The translations under genes were made by a program, and so were the position numbers. Shown one piece after another: positions 28,589 through 38,499 of a DNA stretch of 64,000 bases; position 1 is the first letter of the stretch, and every line of letters starts with the position of its first letter. Source of the DNA: a virus; IMG/VR virus record IMGVR_UViG_3300032020_000845, positions 1-64,000 of that record; one strand, given 5' to 3'. The notes below the pieces were generated by a model. That model did no database searches, was not told the origin of the DNA, and saw only the letters and a list, made by a program, of their open reading frames with translations.

Positions 28589-30070
28589 ATGGAAAAGTAT
28601 AAAGTAAAGATAAGTCCAGTATACTCTCAACTTATCCCTCTCAGTCCTTCTAAGGAAATTTTTGATTACCTTTATGACCTCCTTGCTTATGAGGTTCAAA
28701 ATAGTTTTTTTATAAAAGCGTCTTCAAAAAATCGTTATATTTCAAAAGAATGGGATGGAAAACAGCATTTGTTTTCTAGATTAACTGGAACATTTTTAAC
28801 GGGACATTTACCATTAGTATTAGAAGCTTTGGATTCAAATTCTATTTCTTATGAAATAGAAGATTTGAGACCTGTTTATGAAAAGGGAAAACCTCTCGAG
28901 TTAGTTGGAGTTGAAAAAAGAGGTTATCAAGAAAAAGCGGTTGAAGTTATTTTAAAACACAAAAGAGGACGTATTTGGGCAAGAGTTAGAAGCGGCAAAA
29001 CTATAATAATGATAATGACTTATGCTCGTTTAAATATTGCCCCCTTTGTTATTATTTGTCAAAGTATTGATATTGCTTATCAAACAAAAGAAAAGTTTCA
29101 AAAGTTTCTTCCTCAAGTTCCTGTTGGAATAGTAGGGGATGGTCAATGTGATATTAAGTTAGATGGAGTGACTATTATAACAATACAATCTGCGGTTGCA
29201 TCTTATGATAAAAAGTATAAACTTAATTCTGGGGAAAGAAAAGAAAAGTCTTTCGAAAAACTTATTGAAAAAAAGTATGTAAGAGAATTAATTACAAATG
29301 CAAAGTTTGTTTGGGTAGATGAGTGTCATCATACGGCGAGCAGTAGTCATCGATTTGTTTTAGTTCAGATCCAAAACGCTGAATATATTGTGGGTGGAAG
29401 CGGCACCTTGTTTCGAGAAGATAACACAGATCTTCTTATAGAAGGATTAATAGGGCCTTTAATTTATGAAATTAATTATTCCGATTTAATTGAGGGCGGT
29501 TATTTAGTTGCTCCTACTATTCATATGATTAAACTGCCCCGAAATATTGAACCATCAAACGATAGTTATTCAACAATTTATAAAGAATGTGTTGTAGAAA
29601 ATAAATATCGTAATACTATTATAAGTAATGTTGTAAAGAATTTGATAGAACGAAATAAATCATCTATGGTCTTGGTATCAAAGATAAAGCATGGAGAAAT
29701 TCTTCAAGAGTTAATTCCTGGAGCTTTATTTTTAAAAGGAAATGATGCTTCCGATTTTCGAACAAAGACATTTAAAGATTTACAAAATAAGAGGCTATTA
29801 TGTCTAATTACCACTTTGGGAGACGAGGGGGTTGATATTCCTAATTTGGATGCTGTGGTAATTGCTGCTGGCGGAAAATCAGCAATAAAGGTATTCCAAA
29901 GGCTTCGATGTATGACTCCATACAAAACAGCGGCTGAAGAGAAGAAAAGTGCTATAGTAGTGGATTTCATTGATAATTACAAGTATTTACGAGCACATAG
30001 TTTTAAACGAAGACGTTTATACAAATCAGAACCTTCTTTCAAAATAGTAGAAAAAGATGCTCTACCCTAA
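28589..30070 (+). CDS. SF2 DExH helicase (UvsW-like)
   Basis: RGYQ Q-motif, SGKT, DECHH, SGT, DEGVDIP, QRLR. Confidence 0.9.
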   Translation: MEKYKVKISPVYSQLIPLSPSKEIFDYLYDLLAYEVQNSFFIKASSKNRYISKEWDGKQHLFSRLTGTFLTGHLPLVLEALDSNSISYEIEDLRPVYEKGKPLELVGVEKRGYQEKAVEVILKHKRGRIWARVRSGKTIIMIMTYARLNIAPFVIICQSIDIAYQTKEKFQKFLPQVPVGIVGDGQCDIKLDGVTIITIQSAVASYDKKYKLNSGERKEKSFEKLIEKKYVRELITNAKFVWVDECHHTASSSHRFVLVQIQNAEYIVGGSGTLFREDNTDLLIEGLIGPLIYEINYSDLIEGGYLVAPTIHMIKLPRNIEPSNDSYSTIYKECVVENKYRNTIISNVVKNLIERNKSSMVLVSKIKHGEILQELIPGALFLKGNDASDFRTKTFKDLQNKRLLCLITTLGDEGVDIPNLDAVVIAAGGKSAIKVFQRLRCMTPYKTAAEEKKSAIVVDFIDNYKYLRAHSFKRRRLYKSEPSFKIVEKDALP

Positions 30071-30072
30071 GA

Positions 30073-30097
30073 TTTTGTGTATAATATATAAATGATA
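30073..30097 (+). promoter_or_regulatory. Conserved phage promoter motif
   Basis: ttttgtgtataatatataaatgata followed by AAGGAGGT. Confidence 0.75.
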
Positions 30098-30113
30098 TAA
30101 AGGAGGTAGTAAA

Positions 30114-30230
30114 ATGAAAAACTATGATACGTGGTATAAAAAATTTTTAATAGTTGTTGGGATAATTATAATAGTTGTGTGGGGAGGATATATAGTAGGT
30201 TTATTAATCGGACCAATAATATTGAAATAA
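30114..30230 (+). CDS. 38-aa single-TM peptide
   Basis: Perfect RBS; MKNYDTWYKKFLIVVGIIIIVVWGGYIVGLLIGPIILK. Confidence 0.55.
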   Translation: MKNYDTWYKKFLIVVGIIIIVVWGGYIVGLLIGPIILK

Positions 30231-30249
30231 TAAACAAAGGAGACAAAAA

Positions 30250-30942
30250 ATGAAAAGAGTTTTTTTAATGTTGGTAGCAATTATTTTTGTATGTATTTTT
30301 TTCCAATTTTTTAACTCAGAATCGGTTGCTGATACTCGTGATAAATATTGTGTTGGAGATACTCTTTATCATTTAGCTGGAAACCCTGCTGCTTTATTAT
30401 ATAGTAACGTTCTTGGTAAAGGGGGCAAGAAAATTTACTTAGTTGGGGGAGATGACAAAATAATAATTAGGGAGTTTTACAACTATGACTCAAGTTCAAT
30501 AGTAGGTGACTTTCATATAACAAATCTTGGCTCTCTTGGAGGATTTTATGTAAAAATTATTTCTTCTGGGGATGATTCTGTTTTGTATGGTTTTATATAT
30601 ATTGACGATTTCCTCGGACTTAAATTAACGAAAGACTCACCTGAACAAAAAGAAGAGCAACAAAAACAAAAAGAAGAGCAACAAATACTAGTTGATGCTA
30701 AAAGACTCAAAGAAAGACTCAAAGAGTTGCAGGTGAAATATGGAACAAAGTTTGGAAAACTTATTTTTGAAAATCAGATTGTGTTGAATATGAATAAGGA
30801 AATGGTTAGAGAAAGTTGGGGAAGTCCAGAGAGAATTAATAAAACTGTTAATAGATATGGGGCACATGAACAATGGGTTTATACTAATTATTATCTCTAT
30901 TTCGATGATGGTATTTTAACAACTTGGCAATCGTTCCGTTAA
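30250..30942 (+). CDS. Secreted protein with C-terminal SmpA/BamE-like domain
   Basis: Signal peptide; MNKEMVRESWGSPERIN...EQWVY...YLYFDDGIL. Confidence 0.65.
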   Translation: MKRVFLMLVAIIFVCIFFQFFNSESVADTRDKYCVGDTLYHLAGNPAALLYSNVLGKGGKKIYLVGGDDKIIIREFYNYDSSSIVGDFHITNLGSLGGFYVKIISSGDDSVLYGFIYIDDFLGLKLTKDSPEQKEEQQKQKEEQQILVDAKRLKERLKELQVKYGTKFGKLIFENQIVLNMNKEMVRESWGSPERINKTVNRYGAHEQWVYTNYYLYFDDGILTTWQSFR

Positions 30943-30997
30943 GGAGGAAAAATAAAGAAAATCATTAGACAAATAAAAAGTAAAGAGGAGTGAAAAA

Positions 30998-31147
30998 ATG
31001 ATTTTAGGGGTTATAGAAGTAATAGTAATAGGAGTGTTGATAATAGGTAGTGTGGGAACATCAATACTAGGAATTATAAGTTATTTTTATTGGAAAGAAA
31101 AGGAGAATTTTATTGTAGAATATATTGCTCAAAATGTAAACGATTGA
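30998..31147 (+). CDS. 49-aa membrane peptide
   Basis: GAGGAG RBS; hydrophobic N-terminal 30 aa. Confidence 0.5.
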   Translation: MILGVIEVIVIGVLIIGSVGTSILGIISYFYWKEKENFIVEYIAQNVND

Positions 31148-31593
31148 CTATACATCGTCAACTTTTATCGATTAAACAAGAAGAAAAATCACATAATCGT
31201 GAGTCCTTACCTTTTTGGCTTGTGAAAAAGGTTAGAAAAATATATAACGACAAAGATGCATTTGATGATTCTGTCCCCGCATATGTTAAAAGCAAAATTG
31301 AAGTAGATCATCGAGAACCAACTATTAGAAATCCTGCTCCAGGCTACCCTTCTAAAAATGCCTCAAATAAAGAATTTGAAAATCGTTATATGTTATTAAC
31401 TCGACAAAATAATCTACGCAAATCTCGTGCTTGTGAACATTGTAAAAGAACTGGAAAACGGGCAGCTTCAAGAGACGGTGTTAAACACTGGTATGAAGGG
31501 GTAGAAAAGTATGATTCAAAAATAGGATGTATTGGTTGTTTTTGGGCATATCCTGAAAAATGGAGAGAATCGGTGAATGATAAAAAGAGGTAA
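31090..31593 (+). CDS. HNH/beta-beta-alpha-Me endonuclease-like protein, possibly 5'-truncated
   Basis: CSKC, EVDHREP, LLTRQNN.RK, CEHC, GCIGC; weak TTG start inside the upstream ORF. Confidence 0.6.
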   Translation: MERKGEFYCRIYCSKCKRLTIHRQLLSIKQEEKSHNRESLPFWLVKKVRKIYNDKDAFDDSVPAYVKSKIEVDHREPTIRNPAPGYPSKNASNKEFENRYMLLTRQNNLRKSRACEHCKRTGKRAASRDGVKHWYEGVEKYDSKIGCIGCFWAYPEKWRESVNDKKR

Positions 31594-31597
31594 ATTT

Positions 31598-32512
31598 ATG
31601 TCGTGTACTATTTTAAATGGTTGTATATTAGAACAATCAACAAAAATAGAAAATGATTCAATAGATTTTATCCTTACAGATCCCCCATATAGTATAAGCA
31701 AAGATTTTAAGCCTGTTTGGAGAGATAAAGATGGAAATGATCTTAACACAATTCATGATCACCAATTTGATAGAAATTTTATTGATAAGTGGGATACTAC
31801 GGAAGATTTTGCACATCAATTAGATATGTGGGCTGAAATATGGGGAAAGAAATTACGTAGAAATGGGAGTATAGTAGTTTTTACAGGAGATAGACATATA
31901 TCTCATCTTTGGGAAGCATTAGAGAAACATAATATTACTCCTAAAAGAGTAATTACTTGGCGTAAACCTGCGGCAGTGCCTTTTAACCGAAAGGTTTTAA
32001 TGCTTAGTGGGTGTGAATTTTTAGTCTATGGAATTAAAGAAGAAGGTGTAGGGAAGAAAAAGAAAATTTTTAACGCTGATTTAAAAGTAGGAAGTATACA
32101 AGAAATATTTATTGCTGCAGATAAGGCAGGAACTATTCTTAACAAATATATGCAAAGATTTTATGGGAAAAAATCTCTTTCGGAAATTATACAAATAGCT
32201 GAAATAGAAATAAAAGAAAAATTAGATGCTATATTACAAAATGAGATTGTGAGATTGTGCGTCCCAAATATTATTACATATTCTGGAGGTCTTGGTAAAA
32301 ATCGAATTCATCCTACTGAAAAGCCTGTAAAAATATTAAAATATTTAATAAGTATTTTTTCTAATGAAGGAGATATAATTTTAGATACATTTGCAGGAAG
32401 TGGGAGCACCGGGGAAGCGGCTCTGTCTCTTAATCGTAATATAATTCTTATAGAACGTGATAGAAATCTTTGTGGAAAAATAGAAAATCGTTTGGAAAAA
32501 TATAAAAAATAA
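31598..32512 (+). CDS. DNA N6-adenine/N4-cytosine methyltransferase (beta class)
   Basis: TDPPY ... HPTEKP ... LDTFAGSGST. Confidence 0.92.
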   Translation: MSCTILNGCILEQSTKIENDSIDFILTDPPYSISKDFKPVWRDKDGNDLNTIHDHQFDRNFIDKWDTTEDFAHQLDMWAEIWGKKLRRNGSIVVFTGDRHISHLWEALEKHNITPKRVITWRKPAAVPFNRKVLMLSGCEFLVYGIKEEGVGKKKKIFNADLKVGSIQEIFIAADKAGTILNKYMQRFYGKKSLSEIIQIAEIEIKEKLDAILQNEIVRLCVPNIITYSGGLGKNRIHPTEKPVKILKYLISIFSNEGDIILDTFAGSGSTGEAALSLNRNIILIERDRNLCGKIENRLEKYKK

Positions 32513-32533
32513 ACTAAAAGGAGGTGATAAGAC

Positions 32534-32722
32534 ATGACAAATAATCAAGATCGTGAAATAAAGATAGTGGATTATTCTAATGGTAAAAGTGTAGTTGAGC
32601 GTGTTAAAGGGGTGTCCCATGTAAGAAGCGGACAAGAAGTTTCAGAAGAACAAATTGCGAAATGGATAAATGAGGGAATAACTGTAATTCGTCGCAAAGC
32701 GTCTGAAACAAGAGTATATTAA
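32534..32722 (+). CDS. Hypothetical protein
   Basis: GGAGGTG RBS. Confidence 0.55.
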   Translation: MTNNQDREIKIVDYSNGKSVVERVKGVSHVRSGQEVSEEQIAKWINEGITVIRRKASETRVY

Positions 32723-32816
32723 CATTAGAAATTATAATTTTAAGTTAAGTACTATAACGAAGAAAAGTCAAGTAAAGTGATTAATGTTCAAATCTTTGAG
32801 AAGAACTCAAAGAATG

Positions 32817-32852
32817 AGCGGATAACTTTTTTGCGTTATCCGCTTTTTATTT
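32817..32852 (+). terminator. Intrinsic terminator
   Basis: Perfect 10-bp stem agcggataac/gttatccgct plus T tract. Confidence 0.8.
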
Positions 32853-32893
32853 ATAAATAAGTATTGAAGATGTAAATAAAATAAGGGCTAAAA

Positions 32894-33439
32894 ATGCAAA
32901 TTGATCCAATAGAATACGATTTACTTCTTTACACCTTAGAAAAGCAGCAGAAGGAAATTAAACGCCTTAGAAACCGAGCTGACTTTGAGGAACCTAAGGT
33001 GTTTACTACAAAGAACCAGAAGCATATAGAGCTGTCTATTCCTACGGACAACTGGACTTGCCAGCACTTCATTCGTTATTTTCTACAGCGATACAGAGCA
33101 GCATATGGTAAAAATTATTCTATGCAACCTTCAGCCTTTAAATTGGAGGCGTTTAAGATCACTCATTTTTGGCAAAGGCATAAAGATTTAACTAAAACAC
33201 AATTTAAAGACATGATTGATTGGTTGTTTGAAACCGTAAACGAGAATTATGAACTTAAAATGGGATTAATGACAAATGACAAACAATTAGAAAATTTTAA
33301 AAAATCTGCAACCAAAAATAAAAAAGATGAGTATAATATAAATGAAGAAGAGTTGAGAGAGGCTATTAAGAAACAGCCAAAGGTAGATATGACCACAAAG
33401 GAAGTAATGGAAAAGTTAAGAAAAGCAATAGACAAATAA
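32894..33439 (+). CDS. Hypothetical protein (possible replication initiator/helicase-loader partner)
   Basis: Helical protein upstream of the DnaC-like gene; function inferred from position only. Confidence 0.45.
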   Translation: MQIDPIEYDLLLYTLEKQQKEIKRLRNRADFEEPKVFTTKNQKHIELSIPTDNWTCQHFIRYFLQRYRAAYGKNYSMQPSAFKLEAFKITHFWQRHKDLTKTQFKDMIDWLFETVNENYELKMGLMTNDKQLENFKKSATKNKKDEYNINEEELREAIKKQPKVDMTTKEVMEKLRKAIDK

Positions 33440-33460
33440 AAAGTAAAGGAAGGAAAAAAA

Positions 33461-33764
33461 ATGGAAAGACTTAAAGCTAAAAAAGGTTTAAAAGGGGGGC
33501 CCTGCGGTAATAATTCCTCTATCAGAAAGTGAGCCGGATAGATTGTTTTTTAATGATGTTGTTGACAAGCTTTATGGTCGTGATGTAAGAACTGAAAAAG
33601 AACTTAGTAAGGCATTTAACATTATGTGTAATTTACAAGACCATATGTTACTAGATGCCAAGTTAAACAAGGCTAAACTTGACCCCAACAATTCTAAAGA
33701 ACTACACACATTTCATGCAAAAGTTATTGCGAAGTATTGGCGTTCAAAAGATAAGGAAAGTTAA
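33461..33764 (+). pseudogene. Frameshifted hypothetical gene
   Basis: RBS-led ATG 33461; a +1 shift at GGGGGGCCCT (33494..33503) joins it to the 33543..33764 frame. Confidence 0.5.
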
Positions 33765-33778
33765 AAGGAGGTGAAATA

Positions 33779-34009
33779 ATGAAAAAGCGAAAAGATAATT
33801 TTCAAGCGATAGGAAAAGCGATTGAAGCTCTTATAAAACAATACAAAGGAGAAGTTTGTTTTGTAGGATCCTTCTTCGTTTTTGATAAGGATGGAGAAGT
33901 TGTGGACGATAGAATGTTTGCTCATGGTACAAAGGATGGTATAAAAATATCTTTAGATTCTCTTAACGAAGAAGTTGCAAAAGAGAAAGATGATTTCATT
34001 AACTGGTAA
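33779..34009 (+). CDS. Hypothetical protein
   Basis: AAGGAGGTG RBS. Confidence 0.6.
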   Translation: MKKRKDNFQAIGKAIEALIKQYKGEVCFVGSFFVFDKDGEVVDDRMFAHGTKDGIKISLDSLNEEVAKEKDDFINW

Positions 34010-34022
34010 ATAAAGGAGGAAT

Positions 34023-34397
34023 ATGCCCTCTCAATTTAAAAATCTTGACCAAATTGCTCGAATTACATTTATACACACAACAGATTTTGAATCTGCTTTT
34101 AGTAAAGAAGATTTGCAAAGTGAAGAGTTTTTGGAAGAACAACGGAAAGAATTTCTTGAAGAAGGAAAGGTTTTAACTCTTGATGAAGTTAAGAAACATT
34201 ATGAAGGTCCTTTACGAACAGGTTGGATACTTATTTTATGGGTAGATAGAGAAAGGATAGAAACTTTATTGGATCGGAATTATATAAAACACATTCAAGA
34301 AATGAAACATTTGAATGAACAAGAAAAAAATGCTTTAATTAAAGAAGTGCAGAAAGTACTTGGACTTAATGGAATAAATCCAGATCCAGAAAGTTAA
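34023..34397 (+). CDS. Hypothetical protein
   Basis: AAGGAGG RBS. Confidence 0.6.
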   Translation: MPSQFKNLDQIARITFIHTTDFESAFSKEDLQSEEFLEEQRKEFLEEGKVLTLDEVKKHYEGPLRTGWILILWVDRERIETLLDRNYIKHIQEMKHLNEQEKNALIKEVQKVLGLNGINPDPES

Positions 34398-34419
34398 AAA
34401 TAATGAATAGAAGGAATTT

Positions 34420-35169
34420 ATGTATTCAATTCAAGACATAGAAAAATTAAAAACAAAAATTTTAGACAACTGCCCAGAGTGTAAAGGTAAAGGCCGTTAT
34501 ATGACTCCAACTGGTTTTGTTTTATGTAAATGTATTGATGAATTCAGACGTTATATCGATATGGTTAACGCGAATATTCCTAAAAGTTTTTGGGATCTTG
34601 AGTTAGATTTCAAATATTTTACGCAGAAATTTAGGGATGAAAATAAACCTTCTTTAAATACTATCTCTGACTATTTAAGTCATTTACCTGATGCAATTAA
34701 AACTGGTGCTGGATTATATATTTATGGTTCTTATGGCGTAGGAAAGAGTTTTATTGGATGCTCCATTTTGAAAAAAGCATTAGAACAAAAGTTTAAAGCA
34801 TATTTTATTTTGCTTTCTGAATTAATTAATTTAGCTCATAGGGCTTTGAGGGATGATGAAATAAGGGCATTTCTTGATTATATGATAATGGAAGTAGATT
34901 TTTTATTAGTTGACGAAATAGATAAAAAATACAAGACGGATCTGATTGATGCTCTTTTAGATGAGGCGTTCAAAAAAAGGTATTATTCGGGCAAGCCTTT
35001 TATTGTTACTTCAAATGATAGTCCTACAAAGGTTTTAGACGGCTTTGGAAGAAGTGTTTGTGAAATTTTTTCAGAAAGAATAATTGAAGTTCCATTAGTT
35101 GGTGAAAGTTTTCGCCCTGAGATTTTAGAAGAAATCAAGAAAGGTTTATTAGGAGGTAAAGATGAATAG
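34420..35169 (+). CDS. DnaC/IstB-like AAA+ helicase loader
   Basis: CPECKGKG...CKC Zn site, GSYGVGKS, LLVDEI, IVTSN, SFR. Confidence 0.85.
   Translation: MYSIQDIEKLKTKILDNCPECKGKGRYMTPTGFVLCKCIDEFRRYIDMVNANIPKSFWDLELDFKYFTQKFRDENKPSLNTISDYLSHLPDAIKTGAGLYIYGSYGVGKSFIGCSILKKALEQKFKAYFILLSELINLAHRALRDDEIRAFLDYMIMEVDFLLVDEIDKKYKTDLIDALLDEAFKKRYYSGKPFIVTSNDSPTKVLDGFGRSVCEIFSERIIEVPLVGESFRPEILEEIKKGLLGGKDE
35119..35160 (+). repeat. 42-bp direct repeat (copy 2 at 35420..35461, one mismatch)
   Basis: gagattttagaagaaat(c/t)aagaaaggtttattaggaggtaaa flanks gene 35162..35389. Confidence 0.9.
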
Positions 35170-35389
35170 CCTTGTAATAAAACCAGAAGGTTGGGAATGT
35201 AATATTGAAGAATGTCCCCCAGGATTTTTTGTGTATAAGGGGGAGTTATGTCTTAAAACGGAATATGGAGATTGTGAGGCATATTGTTGTAGTGGAGAAA
35301 AGTTTGTGGGTGAAGGTGGAGGAAGAGAGACAACAAGAAATAAGTTAATAGTTCAGCCTTGTATTGCAGTTTGGGAAGAAAATAATTAA
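35162..35389 (+). CDS. Hypothetical protein
   Basis: AGGAGGT RBS. Confidence 0.6.
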   Translation: MNSLVIKPEGWECNIEECPPGFFVYKGELCLKTEYGDCEAYCCSGEKFVGEGGGRETTRNKLIVQPCIAVWEENN

Positions 35390-35463
35390 ACAAGGATATG
35401 CAATGAAAGCCATTTCATAGAGATTTTAGAAGAAATTAAGAAAGGTTTATTAGGAGGTAAAGA

Positions 35464-35898
35464 ATGAATATTTCAATAAAGGATTTTGGAAAAGATCATT
35501 GGTCTACATTTGCTTATATTGAAACTCTTTGCGTTGATAGCCCAAATTCGGAGGGTGTTGGAGTCATTAATGGGAGGAGAATGCGTTGCGATACAGATCG
35601 ACATCCGTTACTTGTTGGAGGACTGTATTCGTTTGCTGATGAGAAATATCCCACTAGACTTCGAGAAGGTAAAGAGTTATCAAATCATGATGATTGGGAT
35701 TGTCTTGAAGATTTAGAAAGAGAAGGTTTACTTGAAATTATTTCCTTAATAAACGGTTTTGTAAAGCTCACTGAAAAGGGCATAAAGATCGCCGGAGAAC
35801 TTAGAGGGCACAAGGCTAGAGGAGGAACATTTTCAACTTTTGTTCCTTCATGTATAGGAGAAAAGAAAGATGATGAAACCTCTGAAGGAAAAGTTTAG
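35464..35898 (+). CDS. Hypothetical protein
   Basis: AGGAGGT RBS supplied by the repeat copy. Confidence 0.65.
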   Translation: MNISIKDFGKDHWSTFAYIETLCVDSPNSEGVGVINGRRMRCDTDRHPLLVGGLYSFADEKYPTRLREGKELSNHDDWDCLEDLEREGLLEIISLINGFVKLTEKGIKIAGELRGHKARGGTFSTFVPSCIGEKKDDETSEGKV

Positions 35899-36109
35899 GA
35901 CATATTACATCATACATGTTAATTGTGAACATGGTGGATGTGGATGTCACGAAGAAGCAAGGACAAACCTTCCCCATAGTATATTTGGTGGTTTGAGATG
36001 TAGTTATTGTCATAAAATCTTAGGGATATTTGATTGGAGAATATTGGATAAAGTTAAAGCTCGAGGAGATGTAGAAGCTCTTGGTATTTTTTATCGAAAG
36101 GAGAAGTGA
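35870..36109 (+). CDS. Cys/His-rich hypothetical protein
   Basis: AGGAG RBS; CEHGGCGC and CSYC. Confidence 0.55.
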   Translation: MMKPLKEKFRTYYIIHVNCEHGGCGCHEEARTNLPHSIFGGLRCSYCHKILGIFDWRILDKVKARGDVEALGIFYRKEK

Positions 36110-36547
36110 TTGGAAGATAAATTTAAAAAAGAATTTGTGGAAAAGTTAGTGGCTGAAGCATTACTTCCTCTTACTAAGGCTAACAATTGGTTAATGAAAG
36201 CAGAAAGTATAATGTTTAAGCATAGGTGGAACATGGTTGATGGTAAAAGTGATATAAGGAGAACTTTGGAAGAGTTTGAGGATAATTTGGAAAAAGCTTG
36301 GAAAGAGCAATATGAAAAATATGGAGTAGATCATGTTTTTAAATTGCCATTAAATGTTTACAAGGAAGTATGTGAGAAATTTATAAATGAACCTGGACTG
36401 AAAATTATTAAAGATTTTGTTCATAAAGCTACTAAAAACCCGTGGATGTATATTACGGATCCTCGGGATAACCCTTATATTTTAGCTGTTGGGGCATTGA
36501 TTAAAACATATAATATTAAAAATGTGGAATTAGAAAAAAATGTTTGA
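36110..36547 (+). CDS. Hypothetical protein
   Basis: TTG start after AAGGAG. Confidence 0.55.
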   Translation: MEDKFKKEFVEKLVAEALLPLTKANNWLMKAESIMFKHRWNMVDGKSDIRRTLEEFEDNLEKAWKEQYEKYGVDHVFKLPLNVYKEVCEKFINEPGLKIIKDFVHKATKNPWMYITDPRDNPYILAVGALIKTYNIKNVELEKNV

Positions 36548-37094
36548 AAAATTATATTCAAAAAAATTTGATGTTATATTAGCAGATCCGCCTTGGGAAT
36601 ATAGTGCTTGGCAAGATGCTCCTAAGAAATGGAGAGGTATTGCAGCGTCAACACATTATGAAACAATGAAATTAGAAGATATTAAAAATCTTCCAGTTCA
36701 AACTCTTTGTAAAGAAGATTGCACTTTATTTTTATGGGCTACTTGTCCCAACATCCCATTTGCTTTAGAAGTAATTAAGGCTTGGGGATTTACTTATAAA
36801 ACTGTTGCTTTTGTATGGATTAAAGAAAATAGGAAGTCTAAAGGGTTATTTTTGGGATGTGGACATTATACAAGAGCAAATGCAGAGTTATGTTTATTAG
36901 CAACAAAAGGACATCCTAAAAAAATGTCTTCGAGTGTTCGTCAAGTAATTATGTCTCCGGTAAGGGAGCATTCTCGGAAACCTGATGAACAATATGACAG
37001 AATTGGTCAATTGTTTAGTGGAGATAAATTAGAATTATTTGCAAGGTATCAACGTGGGGATTGGTTTTCTTGGGGAAAAGAAGTAAAAGGTTAG
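36540..37094 (+). CDS. MT-A70-family adenine methyltransferase
   Basis: ADPPW, HYETM, LFLWAT, HSRKP, LELFAR. Confidence 0.92.
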   Translation: MFEKLYSKKFDVILADPPWEYSAWQDAPKKWRGIAASTHYETMKLEDIKNLPVQTLCKEDCTLFLWATCPNIPFALEVIKAWGFTYKTVAFVWIKENRKSKGLFLGCGHYTRANAELCLLATKGHPKKMSSSVRQVIMSPVREHSRKPDEQYDRIGQLFSGDKLELFARYQRGDWFSWGKEVKG

Positions 37095-37095
37095 T

Positions 37096-38487
37096 ATGAC
37101 AAAATTTAATGATGTTGAAACTGAAAGGATTATTCTTGGTTATTTGTTTAAAGATACTGTTTATATAGAAGAGGCCGTTACTAAAATAGCTGTTTCAACA
37201 TTTTATGACGAAAATCATAAAAAGTTGTTTGATTTAATAAGCAGGTATTTTAGAAAGCACCATAAAGTATTATCTCGAGATATTTTAGAAAGATTTTTAA
37301 AGAAAAATGAAAAAGAGTTTCCTGTAGATTTTCAAATATCTTTGTTGTTATTATATGATGATATTTCAAAAATTCAAATAGATGATTCTGGATTTAGGTT
37401 TTATCTTAATGAATTAAAAGAATTAGAAATTAAACGTGAATTATATAAAACTGCTTCTGATGTTATTGATGACTTGGGTAGTGATAAAGAAGTAGAAGAA
37501 TCATTAGCAAATGTTACAGAAAGAATTTTACATATTAAAACACTTGATTCTTCGGAAGGGGTTACACGTAAATTACTTTATGGAAATACTGATGAACGTT
37601 GGGAAGCATATTTAGATAGAAAAAATCATCCTGAAAAGTATAGAGGAATTCCTTATGGAATGAAAGACCTTGATGAAGTAACTGGAGGTCTTTTTCCTTC
37701 AAAGCTTGGAATGGTCTTCGGGAGAATGAAGCGGGGCAAGTCGCGTTGGTTATTTAATGTTGGATGTAATGTTTCTGATTTAGGATATCGAGTTATGTAT
37801 GTTACCATTGAAATGGAATTGGCAATTCTTCAATTAATGTGGGAAAGTAGATACACAGGGATTACTCTTAATGATTTAAGAGATGCTAAATTAACTGAGT
37901 ATGAAGAAAAAATTTATCAAGATGCTTTAAATCAACTTAAAGAAAAAAAGTGTCCTTTTTCTGTTGTTGATATAGCTCGTGGAACAACTCCGTCGATGGT
38001 TGATTATGAAGTTATGTTGCATCAAAAAGTATTTGGAATCAAACCTGATGTTGTTATAATTGATTATGCGAACTTAATGAGACCAGATGAACGATTTGTT
38101 AAAGATCGATCAGAAAAGTATGATAATGTGTTTCGTGGATTGAAAGAAGTTGCGAGGGCTCATAATGTGTCTATTTTGACAGCAGCTCAACAAAATCGGA
38201 AATCAATAGATGTTCGAAGGGAAGAAGTAGATACTGAACATGTTGCTCTGTCAGATATGGCTGCAGCGCATTGTGATGTTGTGTTTAACATATGGCATGG
38301 AATGACTCCTGCAGAGGAATTTGCAATGCAACTAGCAAAACGAGTATATCTGAAGATTGTTGCAAGTCGTTATAGTGAATCAAAGACTATTGAATTGTTT
38401 GCTGATTTTAGTGTAAATTTTATAGGAGATTTAGAGAAATTGCAAGAAATTTGGAAAAAAGTAAGAAGAAATGATCAAGAATTTTAA
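37096..38487 (+). CDS. dnaB: DnaB-like replicative helicase
   Basis: LDEVTGG, GRMKRGKS, TIEM, IIDYANL, TAAQQNR. Confidence 0.88.
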   Translation: MTKFNDVETERIILGYLFKDTVYIEEAVTKIAVSTFYDENHKKLFDLISRYFRKHHKVLSRDILERFLKKNEKEFPVDFQISLLLLYDDISKIQIDDSGFRFYLNELKELEIKRELYKTASDVIDDLGSDKEVEESLANVTERILHIKTLDSSEGVTRKLLYGNTDERWEAYLDRKNHPEKYRGIPYGMKDLDEVTGGLFPSKLGMVFGRMKRGKSRWLFNVGCNVSDLGYRVMYVTIEMELAILQLMWESRYTGITLNDLRDAKLTEYEEKIYQDALNQLKEKKCPFSVVDIARGTTPSMVDYEVMLHQKVFGIKPDVVIIDYANLMRPDERFVKDRSEKYDNVFRGLKEVARAHNVSILTAAQQNRKSIDVRREEVDTEHVALSDMAAAHCDVVFNIWHGMTPAEEFAMQLAKRVYLKIVASRYSESKTIELFADFSVNFIGDLEKLQEIWKKVRRNDQEF

Positions 38488-38499
38488 AAGGAGGTAGAA

